Shown here: positions 6,764 through 15,023 of the stretch, in pieces
Position numbering within the stretch: the stretch's first letter is position 1
Layout: every line of letters starts with the position of its first letter
Origin: a virus
Taxonomy: Duplodnaviria > Caudoviricetes
Virus record (IMG/VR): IMGVR_UViG_3300040985_001796
Span: 1-24,507 of that record
Reading direction: 5' to 3' (one strand)
DNA length: 24,507 bases
Program-made: the position numbers and the translations under genes
Notes under the pieces: model-generated
Databases searched by the model: none
Told to the model about the DNA's origin: nothing
What the model saw: only the letters and a program-made list of their open reading frames with translations

Positions 6764-7765
6764 TTAAGAACCAGAAAGCAACGCCTTAACAGCATTAAAT
6801 TTATCTGTCTTATCTCCTGTCCGTGTTGCTTTGTTTGCTAATGACTTCACTGCGTCATGATTAACCGCTCGACCCCCGCCTTTTAGAACCCTGGGGGCTT
6901 TACGTGCGCTCCGTGCTTTATCGATTGCTGCACTTGAGCTTGCCTCCAGTTTCTTCAACCTTACATAGTCATTAAGCATGTAAACAGCGCGAGCATCTGC
7001 CATAGTGTTGATTTCTTGAGAATTAAAGCCTAGGCCTGTTAAAGTCTCCTTTATATCGTTCTGCCCTTGCTTCATGATCTCAGGGTCTGACCAACTAGGT
7101 ATTAATTCATGCATCCGCGCGGATTGCTGCTGTAAATGCTCCGCTTTGAAATGATTTTGTTGCTGCTCAACTTGCTGCACTTGCCCGCGGGCTTGCGAGT
7201 AGGCTTCTTGGAATTTCTGCTTTGATAATGCCGCCTGACCTGGGTCGTTTTGCTCTGCTTCTGCCCAGTCTATGCCCTGGTATTGGTTCTGTAGTGACAC
7301 CAATGCGGCCTGTGCCTGCTGCATCTCCTGAGATACCGCGTTGACTCTCTCAGAATTGCCTTGATACTGTGCTGCTTGTGCTTCTAGCTCTGTAATCCGT
7401 GCCTTTGAGGCCGTCTCTGTCCGTAATGACTCTTGGTAGCGGTCTTTTAGTTGCCCTAGGGGTACAGCTTCCTGACCGTCACCCATCGGGACATTCATCC
7501 CATATAGATCGGCAGCTTCCCAGCCAATCGCTTCGGCTAGTCCTCCAATCGTGGATATTTCATCTTCAATCGGAGCGGATGATTCAGCTACTTGCTCAAC
7601 CGGCTCTTCAATCACTTCTTCAACCGGGTCTTCCTGAGTGCTTTCGGTGATTGTTTCCTCTAGCAAAGGCTCTAGGTCTTGAGCGGGTGCTGGCTCAGTC
7701 GTTGTCGGCGGTTGAGGGCTGATTTCACTCGCTATTGCACTAATTTGATCTGCCATACTTTCCAT
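6764..7765 (-). CDS. Capsid scaffolding protein
   Basis: Acidic low-complexity N-terminus, Gln-rich coiled coil, basic C-terminus; directly upstream of the major capsid gene. Confidence 0.85.
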   Translation of the reverse strand: MESMADQISAIASEISPQPPTTTEPAPAQDLEPLLEETITESTQEDPVEEVIEEPVEQVAESSAPIEDEISTIGGLAEAIGWEAADLYGMNVPMGDGQEAVPLGQLKDRYQESLRTETASKARITELEAQAAQYQGNSERVNAVSQEMQQAQAALVSLQNQYQGIDWAEAEQNDPGQAALSKQKFQEAYSQARGQVQQVEQQQNHFKAEHLQQQSARMHELIPSWSDPEIMKQGQNDIKETLTGLGFNSQEINTMADARAVYMLNDYVRLKKLEASSSAAIDKARSARKAPRVLKGGGRAVNHDAVKSLANKATRTGDKTDKFNAVKALLSGS

Positions 7766-8040
7766 TATATTGTCTCCAAATAATTAATTTCTTCTGCTAC
7801 TAATGTTGCATATCCCGCTATGTCAACCATGTTATCAGCGTAGGCGGGATCACCCGCTAAAATACGGGCTATTTTGTGAGCTATCATCTCTAAAGCTTCG
7901 CGCTGTACATCGGGGAGTGTGTCCCAGTTCCCTACTCGCATAGCTGACTTAATGCCTTGGCTTATACGAGCATTATCCCTGAATTCACCATACGTGTTTC
8001 CTCTGGCTTTCAGTATCACATCAAGGTTTATATCATTCAT
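7765..8040 (-). CDS. DUF6378-like protein (probable start ATG 8040)
   Basis: RG..YGEF..NA...QREALEMIAHKIARILAGDP.Y.DN..DIAGYATLV matches this common phage family. Confidence 0.75.
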   Translation of the reverse strand: MNDINLDVILKARGNTYGEFRDNARISQGIKSAMRVGNWDTLPDVQREALEMIAHKIARILAGDPAYADNMVDIAGYATLVAEEINYLETI

Positions 8041-8272
8041 TGATGTTAGCCTGCACAGACTCTGCAATAATCTCTCGCATCTCAGCGAAAAGAATATCTC
8101 TGTTGTTCATCAATGCCGCTATGACTTCCCGCTTCTTCTCATCACCCGCCTGAAATCTTTTCAGCAGCTTGAAATCTATGCGGTCATTAATCGCGCGTAT
8201 TTCTGCTTCGTGGTTTAGGAGGCACATCTTGGAAAATGTCACTAGTCTTTCTTTGCTTACTTCGCTTCTCAT
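8033..8272 (-). CDS. Hypothetical protein
   Basis: 79-aa helical ORF with GGAG upstream, in the portal-scaffold interval. Confidence 0.55.
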   Translation of the reverse strand: MRSEVSKERLVTFSKMCLLNHEAEIRAINDRIDFKLLKRFQAGDEKKREVIAALMNNRDILFAEMREIIAESVQANINE

Positions 8273-8366
8273 CTTTTTCTGTCTCCAGATTGTTGGTAAA
8301 AATTAAATCCCAGTTATCGCCATATGATTTCTCGTTGGTGGGTCTGCGTAAACTACCTTTACTCAT
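8187..8366 (-). CDS. Small phage protein with 'MSKGS.RRP...NWD.IF' motif (59 aa)
   Basis: Not in the ORF track. ATGA overlap with the stop of 8363-9805; MSKGSLRRPTNEKSYGDNWDLIFTN... is a motif I recognise from small phage proteins. Confidence 0.6.
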   Translation of the reverse strand: MSKGSLRRPTNEKSYGDNWDLIFTNNLETEKDEKRSKQRKTSDIFQDVPPKPRSRNTRD

Positions 8367-9805
8367 TCAAGCAATCCTTTCCTATAGTTATAGATAAACT
8401 CGCTCTCTGGTACATCATAATCTTTCGGGAATGGTCGATCTATCCGCTCTGGCATAGTCATATCCATGCGAGCTTGCACGGCTCTTGCATCAGCTTCACC
8501 GGCCAGTCGCTGGTATTTATCAAATCCAGACATATCATTAACTCTATGCCTATTGTCCATTATTCCTCTATACTCTCTAGCATTCACTTCTGTCTTTTTC
8601 ATCTTCCTAGTTAGCTTTCCTAATTCAGACCTTATCTTATTAGGGTCTTTAGCAAGCTCACCAGCGTAAGAGTTTCTGCTTACCGCTTTTCTCTTTAATA
8701 GAATCGCGGCTCTTTGTATCCAGTTGTCACGATTTTGGCCTGCTTTTTTCGGCATTGCTCCTAATTCTGCTCTAATTCTGTCCGAATTCTCAAAGAAATC
8801 CGTCCTATTCATAGATGATGGTTTAGGATGTGCGTTATTTATTATTTTATCTAGTGATGCTATATGGTCAGCGGCATAATAGTCGCGTGAATCCTCAGAC
8901 CGCCATGTATGCTCATTATAATCAGCCTTTCTTTTGGCTAATTCTCTGTAGGTTTTCTGGTCAAAGGCTTTTATATTGCTGTCTGGACTTCCCCCCATAG
9001 GCAGATTTTCAATATCCTGTATCCCATGATTTAATTCATGCGCTAGTAGCCCATTAGTGCCACTATAACTATCCTCAACACCCCACCTAATATGCCTATC
9101 TCCAGCGTTATCTCTCCACTGCGCACCTGTTGCCCCATGCATGTCATCCTGCCATGCGTGTGTATTTTCTAGCAATCCAGGATATGCATCACTCATCTCT
9201 TTGTGCTTGACTATATCGCTCATCCAGCCACCAGCAGAATCAAGCTCAGCAGCACTTACTCTGTTTTTCGCGCCCTGTTTTAACTCTTTCTTTGCTCGGG
9301 TTATAGCCGATGGAAATAAATCAGCCTGACCTTTGTTTGCTGAATTATAATCCTTTATCCTCTGTGCAACTTCTTTCTGGTACTCCTTTGCAGGCTCAAG
9401 ATCAGCACCCAACTCGTTTTGCCTTTTGAATGACATCCCACTATCATCGATCTCCCATTTAAGATTGCCATCACCGTCAAAAAAAGCAGGCTGATTAAAC
9501 TCTTCGCCAGTGGTTTTCCATATCTCATCGCGTGAATAGCCTGCTGCTTTCATCTCATCAGCACGTTTAAGCATATCTGGGTTGGCTGTCTTTGCCAGGC
9601 GTCCTGCTATCGTCCCACCCATTGCAACATTCAGTACATCAGCAGCTTCCCAATCCATCGGGGCTTTATCGAGCATAGGCAATCCACTTTTGATATTTCC
9701 CGCAAACATATCCAACAATCCACGAGCGCGATCACCCATCAGCCCCTCAGATAATGTGTCGTAGGTCTCTGATCCGTGTTTTTTTATCTCATCAAAAAGT
9801 CCCAT
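8363..9805 (-). CDS. LPD23-domain / zincin-like metallopeptidase (polyvalent-protein type)
   Basis: 'IWK.TG...FF.GDG.LKWEIDDS' (LPD23-like); HELNHGIQDIE.L..GGSP (HExxH); Y.RLAGEADARAVQAR. Confidence 0.75.
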   Translation of the reverse strand: MGLFDEIKKHGSETYDTLSEGLMGDRARGLLDMFAGNIKSGLPMLDKAPMDWEAADVLNVAMGGTIAGRLAKTANPDMLKRADEMKAAGYSRDEIWKTTGEEFNQPAFFDGDGNLKWEIDDSGMSFKRQNELGADLEPAKEYQKEVAQRIKDYNSANKGQADLFPSAITRAKKELKQGAKNRVSAAELDSAGGWMSDIVKHKEMSDAYPGLLENTHAWQDDMHGATGAQWRDNAGDRHIRWGVEDSYSGTNGLLAHELNHGIQDIENLPMGGSPDSNIKAFDQKTYRELAKRKADYNEHTWRSEDSRDYYAADHIASLDKIINNAHPKPSSMNRTDFFENSDRIRAELGAMPKKAGQNRDNWIQRAAILLKRKAVSRNSYAGELAKDPNKIRSELGKLTRKMKKTEVNAREYRGIMDNRHRVNDMSGFDKYQRLAGEADARAVQARMDMTMPERIDRPFPKDYDVPESEFIYNYRKGLLE

Positions 9806-10423
9806 TTATACACCCTTTAGTTTTACCGCAACCTGCTCATGCTCACTGTTGTAAGCTAGAAATTTCACTAACATCTTTTTTTCGTCCAAGAATTCTGTGA
9901 AGGCTTTTATTTCATGCTTATCAAAGCCTGGGTAATTATAAAGCTCATCAAAAACGATGACCGTCCCCGATACTAAATTATCAGATAGAATATCAAATAC
10001 GGTTTTAGTAGAAGCGTAAAGATCGCAATCAATATGAAGAAATGCTATGGGTGCGTCTTTCAATATTTCCTTTTTAAATTCAGGCAATGAATCATGGAAT
10101 AAGCCCTCCTTTATAATTACATTTGATGCTACCTCTGGAATATAATCAGTAGCAAACACCCCTCTCTTAAAAATATCTGTATCATCTCTTTCCCAATCTT
10201 CAGGCAAGCCCTCGAAAGAATCAAATCCATATATTTTCTTATCAGGGTTATGATGGGCTATAAAATTAATCGTTCCACCAGTAAAGACTCCCATCTCTAA
10301 ATGAAAACCATCCAAAGAGACATGATCGAAAGCCTCAAGCAAAACCTCTCCAGCAGCACTATATTTTATAGCGTCACTGAAAAGCTTTAAAACTGCATCA
10401 TTCTTTTCCTCAAACGATTTCAT
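9806..10423 (-). CDS. Class I SAM-dependent O-methyltransferase, TylF/MycF/NovP-like
   Basis: LEMGVFTGGT, YGFDSFEGLP, FLHIDCDLYAST, GTVIVFDE.YNY; start overlaps the portal stop. Confidence 0.85.
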   Translation of the reverse strand: MKSFEEKNDAVLKLFSDAIKYSAAGEVLLEAFDHVSLDGFHLEMGVFTGGTINFIAHHNPDKKIYGFDSFEGLPEDWERDDTDIFKRGVFATDYIPEVASNVIIKEGLFHDSLPEFKKEILKDAPIAFLHIDCDLYASTKTVFDILSDNLVSGTVIVFDELYNYPGFDKHEIKAFTEFLDEKKMLVKFLAYNSEHEQVAVKLKGV

Positions 10424-12629
10424 TACTTACCATATCAGCGTTAAGATCGCGTCCAGCCTCCAGCTCTAGCTTCGTCAGCTCCAAAGCCTGCTTGCTTTCG
10501 TTTTCTTCTTTCTTGAGTTGGTTATCTAGATATAACTTCGCGTAATCGAATTCTAATTCTGCTGACTTCTGGTTTGCGTTAGCCAGCTCTTTCAAGCCTT
10601 GTATCTCAGCTTTCAACTGCTCATTCTGTACCTTAACCTGATTCGCCTGCATATCCGCTTGGCCTTTAAGCATCTCCGCCTGAGCAAGCATCTGTTGACC
10701 CTGCATCATTGTCTGCTGGGCTTCGTCCATCTTCTGTTTTTCTTGCTGCTTCTGCTGAGTTTGCTGCTGTTTGGCTTGCTGCCCTTCAGGTGATGTAATG
10801 TCTACATAATACCGCTCAGGTGTTGTGACCCCAGAATACTTCGCGCCATCCGTCAGTGCATCATATTGCTTTTCTTCTGAGAATAATACTGATCCCGCTT
10901 GTGCAAGCATCCCTTGAACCTGTGCAATTTGATTCATCACGCCAGCCATTTGCTGATTCTTAGCATGTGAATTGCCCATCTGGACTCTTACTACTGGTCT
11001 ATCTTTCCATTCAGCAGGCGTACTATTTACCCACTTACCACCGATACGAGCGTTGACTGGTGATTTCATATTGGCTTTGATGACAGCATGGAGTGTGATA
11101 AAGATACCTTTCACTACTGTCTCTGCAATCGTGCGGGCTATTAATGTATTCGCCAGCTCCATCGCACTCATGACCCTTTCTATGCCGTGCGCAGAATCAC
11201 CAGATACACTCTGTGCCGCATTAGCTGTACTAATTGCACTACCGCCACGCTCTTGGCGCTGAGCATCCATCATACTGAGCAATGAATAACTAGATTGACC
11301 GACTTCTGGGTTTGGAAACTGGAACGCAGCACCAGGGTTTGTTACTCGTACGATACCACCCGTTGAGCTGCTTAATATATCATCGAGATTCGCTTCGCCA
11401 GTCACCACTCCGATTCTAGGATTTGCGCTTAACGCTGTGCTGTCTATGACTGATCTGATCAGATTCGTCTTAACATCCTGAATACCCTTTAATCTGTCGA
11501 ATAAACTCACACCTTCATAGGCATGCGGCATAATCGTGCCAACACCCCCAACGAGTGGTGTGTGATCACAGACATCATTGCTTAATAGAGTATCATCCCC
11601 AGCAATCACTACCTTTCGTCGCTCAGCTAGACCATCGCCATCGAAATCAATATTTATAAAACATTCGTATACCTGGATGAGCATGGTGCTATCGTCAACC
11701 GAGCCATAATCTGAGTTGCTTCTGGCATAGGAGGATTCCTGACCGCTATTATAATCCGGTAGCTTCTTAACGACCTCGGGATCAAAACCCTGCGCTATCA
11801 GTGAGCTTGCTGTCTCAACTTTCGAGTGTGCAACAAATCGTGCGTCAAAAAGTACAGGACTGTGATGATCTGATCCGACAACTAAATTTTCAGGCGCAAT
11901 CGATTCTATGACAGGCTTCCCAATCATCTTGATACGCTTGATCTTTACGCGATAGGTCTCAATAACCTGCCCCATGTCCGCGGGCATCCCGGTTATCGGG
12001 TCAATCATTGGTGGGATTTCTACTTGGCCATCCACTTCTTGCTCGACTAGCTCAACAGATTCATTTTCTTGCTGAGGCTGTAGCACTTGCGGGATAGCCA
12101 TGGCGGGGATACCGTCCAACTCTTCATAGCTAACTTCTCCACGCTCATCCCAGTAGACTTTAGCCGTGCAGTTGCGATTCAACAGCGCGTCTTTCACCAG
12201 CTCTTGTAAAATTAAATATCCGCTATACTCTGTAAAGAATAAATGGTTTGATAGCGCAGTTTCTACCTCTGCTTGCTCAACATCTTCTTCACTTACTGGA
12301 TCAAACACACCCAGCTCGTTAGTTTGAAACAAGGGCATTATCTCTGCCATTGTAGACTCAACTGCTGATCGTAGATCATCGCTAACATAGACAGATGAAT
12401 CTTTATCACGTGCTTTTCGTGCTGAAATACCGGGTAGAGTAGCATTATAGTATTCTAGTGGTAGAGATATTTCTTGGTTGTTGGTTCCATTTGCGTCACC
12501 CAGCCCCTGTGAAATCTCTTGCGTACAGACTGAGACTAGCTCGGCATCTGACATAGGAGCGGTATCATTGCTAGCCATCTCTTCTTCTTCAATTAATTGC
12601 TGTACCGCTGCTTCTTTCTTGTTCATCAT
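10410..12629 (-). CDS. Portal protein (P22/SU10-like podoviral type)
   Basis: 739 aa following terL; VYEC...D.DGDG.AERRKV motif and a long Gln-rich C-terminal coiled coil (barrel). Confidence 0.9.
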   Translation of the reverse strand: MMNKKEAAVQQLIEEEEMASNDTAPMSDAELVSVCTQEISQGLGDANGTNNQEISLPLEYYNATLPGISARKARDKDSSVYVSDDLRSAVESTMAEIMPLFQTNELGVFDPVSEEDVEQAEVETALSNHLFFTEYSGYLILQELVKDALLNRNCTAKVYWDERGEVSYEELDGIPAMAIPQVLQPQQENESVELVEQEVDGQVEIPPMIDPITGMPADMGQVIETYRVKIKRIKMIGKPVIESIAPENLVVGSDHHSPVLFDARFVAHSKVETASSLIAQGFDPEVVKKLPDYNSGQESSYARSNSDYGSVDDSTMLIQVYECFINIDFDGDGLAERRKVVIAGDDTLLSNDVCDHTPLVGGVGTIMPHAYEGVSLFDRLKGIQDVKTNLIRSVIDSTALSANPRIGVVTGEANLDDILSSSTGGIVRVTNPGAAFQFPNPEVGQSSYSLLSMMDAQRQERGGSAISTANAAQSVSGDSAHGIERVMSAMELANTLIARTIAETVVKGIFITLHAVIKANMKSPVNARIGGKWVNSTPAEWKDRPVVRVQMGNSHAKNQQMAGVMNQIAQVQGMLAQAGSVLFSEEKQYDALTDGAKYSGVTTPERYYVDITSPEGQQAKQQQTQQKQQEKQKMDEAQQTMMQGQQMLAQAEMLKGQADMQANQVKVQNEQLKAEIQGLKELANANQKSAELEFDYAKLYLDNQLKKEENESKQALELTKLELEAGRDLNADMVSNEIV

Positions 12630-12635
12630 AATCTG

Positions 12636-13889
12636 CTACCTGTTGATTGATTCATTCCAATTATCGCCTGAGAACACCTCAGTCTTGTGCCGAGTCACTG
12701 CGAAATAACGAACTGAATCACAAAAATCACTCGTCCAATCGTGCAATGGATTGTCTTTAAACACCATCTTCTTATCGTCAAATTCTGTCCTGTAAAGTCT
12801 TAACGCCTCGATACCCGTCTTACATTTCTCAGCATCAATCCAGACTTTCGGGAGTATCATCCTAACGGCATTGATTCCATCAGCCACAAATGTCTTCTTC
12901 GCAACTTCGAACTTGATACCCAGATCGCGTGCTATATCTATCCGGCTGTTACCACTGCCCAACTCTCTGACTGCGATGTCATGTGGCGCGATGTGCTGCA
13001 CATAATCATAGGGCATTGAGTTCACAATCTTAATAATCTCAGGCAATCCAGCCCCTTGAAATGACAAGCAATTGATCGCTCTTATTTCTGTGCGACTAAC
13101 TTGCCAGAACCAAATCACCGTGGCGTCACTAATACCCAAATCCCATGAGGTTATTACTCGCATCGTAGGATCATAAGGAACAGCACAGATTCGACCGTCA
13201 TCTTCCATCTCAGTCATCAGCTTGCCGTAATATGCTCCGCGTATAGCTGCCGACCAACTACATTCAAATTCTTGATCGTACTGCTCTGGCGTCATATCCT
13301 TTGCAGCAGCTTCCAGCTCTTCGCTATCTACAATGCCTGTTTCACTTGCTTTGAATGTCCTGGCTGTCCAGTCTTCATCGCTTAGTGCATGTTGATACAG
13401 ATCGTAAAAGTTGTTATGCCCTTGTGGTGTGCCTATAAAATCAGCCCACCCTTTACGGTCAGACAGTGCGGGTCGTATGACCTCAGCCCACATCCTAGGG
13501 TTTATCTGTGCATACTCATCAAGAACAACACCATCAAGATATAGACCACGTAAATTGTCAGGTTCTCCGCCATATAATGTAATTCGTGCCCCGTTGGGGA
13601 AATCTGCTCTTAACTCAGCCTCATTCCATACCGTACCAGGGATAGGACGGGTAAAGTGTTTTAGATAATCCCATACGACATTTTTTGCCTGTCGATAGAA
13701 GGGAGCGATGTAAGCATAGCGAGGATTTGGGAGGTCACAGGTCAGTGCCATTCTGATTAGTTTGTTGATCTCATACACTGTCTTGCCAAAGCGTCTGTGG
13801 CAGACATTGACATTGAATCGCTTAGAAGTTGTGTATAAATCTTTCTGTTGTGATCTTGGTTTGAATGGAATTCTGACGGGTGTCATCAT
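12636..13889 (-). CDS. terL: Terminase large subunit
   Basis: Walker A HRRFGKT, YIAP..RQAK, LRG...DGVVLDEYA, IGTP.G.N.FY; nuclease WDLG..D and HDWTSD..D..RY. Confidence 0.95.
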   Translation of the reverse strand: MMTPVRIPFKPRSQQKDLYTTSKRFNVNVCHRRFGKTVYEINKLIRMALTCDLPNPRYAYIAPFYRQAKNVVWDYLKHFTRPIPGTVWNEAELRADFPNGARITLYGGEPDNLRGLYLDGVVLDEYAQINPRMWAEVIRPALSDRKGWADFIGTPQGHNNFYDLYQHALSDEDWTARTFKASETGIVDSEELEAAAKDMTPEQYDQEFECSWSAAIRGAYYGKLMTEMEDDGRICAVPYDPTMRVITSWDLGISDATVIWFWQVSRTEIRAINCLSFQGAGLPEIIKIVNSMPYDYVQHIAPHDIAVRELGSGNSRIDIARDLGIKFEVAKKTFVADGINAVRMILPKVWIDAEKCKTGIEALRLYRTEFDDKKMVFKDNPLHDWTSDFCDSVRYFAVTRHKTEVFSGDNWNESINR

Positions 13890-14128
13890 TCGTCAGATTC
13901 CCAACTGATTGTCAATCCGCCTGATATATCCGCCTTTAGTTCGGCCGGCACGACCTTGCCCACTAATTGCATGAAAGCGGTAGGGTTCTCTACGCTTTGC
14001 TTTACCAGATAATCTTCCCCGCCAGCCTTGGATAACGCATTCATTATCATCGTGCGTAAATTTTTGGTCATCACATTTGGTGAGCCCTTTTTTCGCCCAC
14101 CGGTCTTAACTCCGTCCTTCGTAGCCAT
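13886..14128 (-). CDS. terS: Terminase small subunit
   Basis: KTGGRKKGSPN..T...GG..YL...NPTAFM.L.GKV.P; overlaps the terL start. Confidence 0.8.
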   Translation of the reverse strand: MATKDGVKTGGRKKGSPNVMTKNLRTMIMNALSKAGGEDYLVKQSVENPTAFMQLVGKVVPAELKADISGGLTISWESDE

Positions 14129-14152
14129 CTCTGGTCACTCCATCTCTAGATT

Positions 14153-14167
14153 AGTCTGTAACAGACT
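14153..14167. promoter_or_regulatory. Palindromic operator-like site upstream of terS
   Basis: AGTCTGT-A-ACAGACT, perfect 7-bp arms. Confidence 0.5.
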
Positions 14168-14178
14168 TCATTTATATC

Positions 14179-14220
14179 AAAAAAAAGGCCGAGACACAAG
14201 CTTTAAAACTTGGTTCGGCC
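14179..14220 (-). terminator. Intrinsic terminator upstream of terS
   Basis: - strand GGCCGA-AC-CAAG-ttttaaag-CTTG-TGTC-TCGGCC followed by T8. Confidence 0.75.
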
Positions 14221-14260
14221 GAGGGGTCATTAAACTAACAACGAGGAGAGATGTTAATTG
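14179..14260 (-). ncRNA. Putative ~80-nt leader RNA / sRNA
   Basis: Bounded by a near-consensus promoter and a terminator; no RBS-led sense ORF; contains CAUCUCUCCUCG. Confidence 0.5.
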
Positions 14261-14266
14261 CCTTTC

Positions 14267-14295
14267 ATATTATCAATATTTTCAACTTCTGTCAA
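14267..14295 (-). promoter_or_regulatory. Sigma70-type promoter
   Basis: TTGACA (14295-14290), 17 bp, TAATAT (14272-14267), with an extended -10 TGn. Confidence 0.7.
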
Positions 14296-14416
14296 TGATA
14301 TTCTGGCGGCATGAATCCTTGCTGCCAAATTCTGATGCTCTCGAATCGTGCGGTACGAATATTAATAGCATTAACAACACAAAAATAGTGGTCATTAGTG
14401 TTTCTTTATTATCCAT
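14282..14416 (-). CDS. Small membrane/exported peptide (44 aa)
   Basis: Not in the ORF track. MDNKETLMTTIFVLLMLLIFVPHDSRASEFGSKDSCRQNIIDRS*; start overlaps the upstream gene end by 8 nt. Confidence 0.45.
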   Translation of the reverse strand: MDNKETLMTTIFVLLMLLIFVPHDSRASEFGSKDSCRQNIIDRS

Positions 14417-15023
14417 ATATTTTCTCTCTCATCGCTTTTTCTCTCCCGCTTCGCTCTGCTGCTGTTAGCGTGCCCGGTAAAGCGATCTGAAAATCGCGAC
14501 TAATTAAACGTTGTTTAGTTTGCGCCTCTTTCCTGATTCTCAATTGTACACCGGCAGAGTCTTGCCTTTCTCGCCCCTTATCGGTAGTCGCCTTGGCGTA
14601 TAAGATTTGGCGCTTATCGCCAACTCCGACACGTACTATCTTGCCCAGACCTATTAAGGCACGTAGTCTAGTTCGGACAGTGTTTAGTCTAACCGGTGTC
14701 ACTTCAATATGCAGCTGGTAGAGAACATCTCGAATGGTGAAATTATCATGCAGCCTGAAAGCAGAAAGCACACGTTTTTGACTGAATTTAGTCATGTCCT
14801 TATTTTTTATTGCTTCTAACTTTTCTTTTCCTCCTTTAGTCAGATAAAGCAGACCGTCTATATCGATCAGTAGGAACTTGCTCGTACAATTCCATAATTC
14901 CTGCCGAATGCTAGTGCGCTTATATTTCTCTATTTCTATTTCCTCCCTTTTTTTAGGTTTGGACTCAGATACGAAATAGAGAAGCTTTTCCCCAAGTGTT
15001 TCGAACTGCATAGGATATTTCAT
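14409..15023 (-). CDS. Basic putative winged-helix DNA-binding protein (probable start ATG 15023)
   Basis: ATGA-type overlap with the upstream stop; two wHTH-like segments (...GLLYLTKGG; FTIRDV...VRTRLRALIGLGKIVRVG...LYA). Confidence 0.55.
   Translation of the reverse strand: MKYPMQFETLGEKLLYFVSESKPKKREEIEIEKYKRTSIRQELWNCTSKFLLIDIDGLLYLTKGGKEKLEAIKNKDMTKFSQKRVLSAFRLHDNFTIRDVLYQLHIEVTPVRLNTVRTRLRALIGLGKIVRVGVGDKRQILYAKATTDKGRERQDSAGVQLRIRKEAQTKQRLISRDFQIALPGTLTAAERSGREKAMREKIYG

Noticed and set aside
9806-10423. Methyltransferase as a DNA methylase (anti-restriction)
   Set aside because: It lacks DPPY/NPPY or PC motifs; GFDSFEGLP and HIDCDLY point to the TylF-like family.
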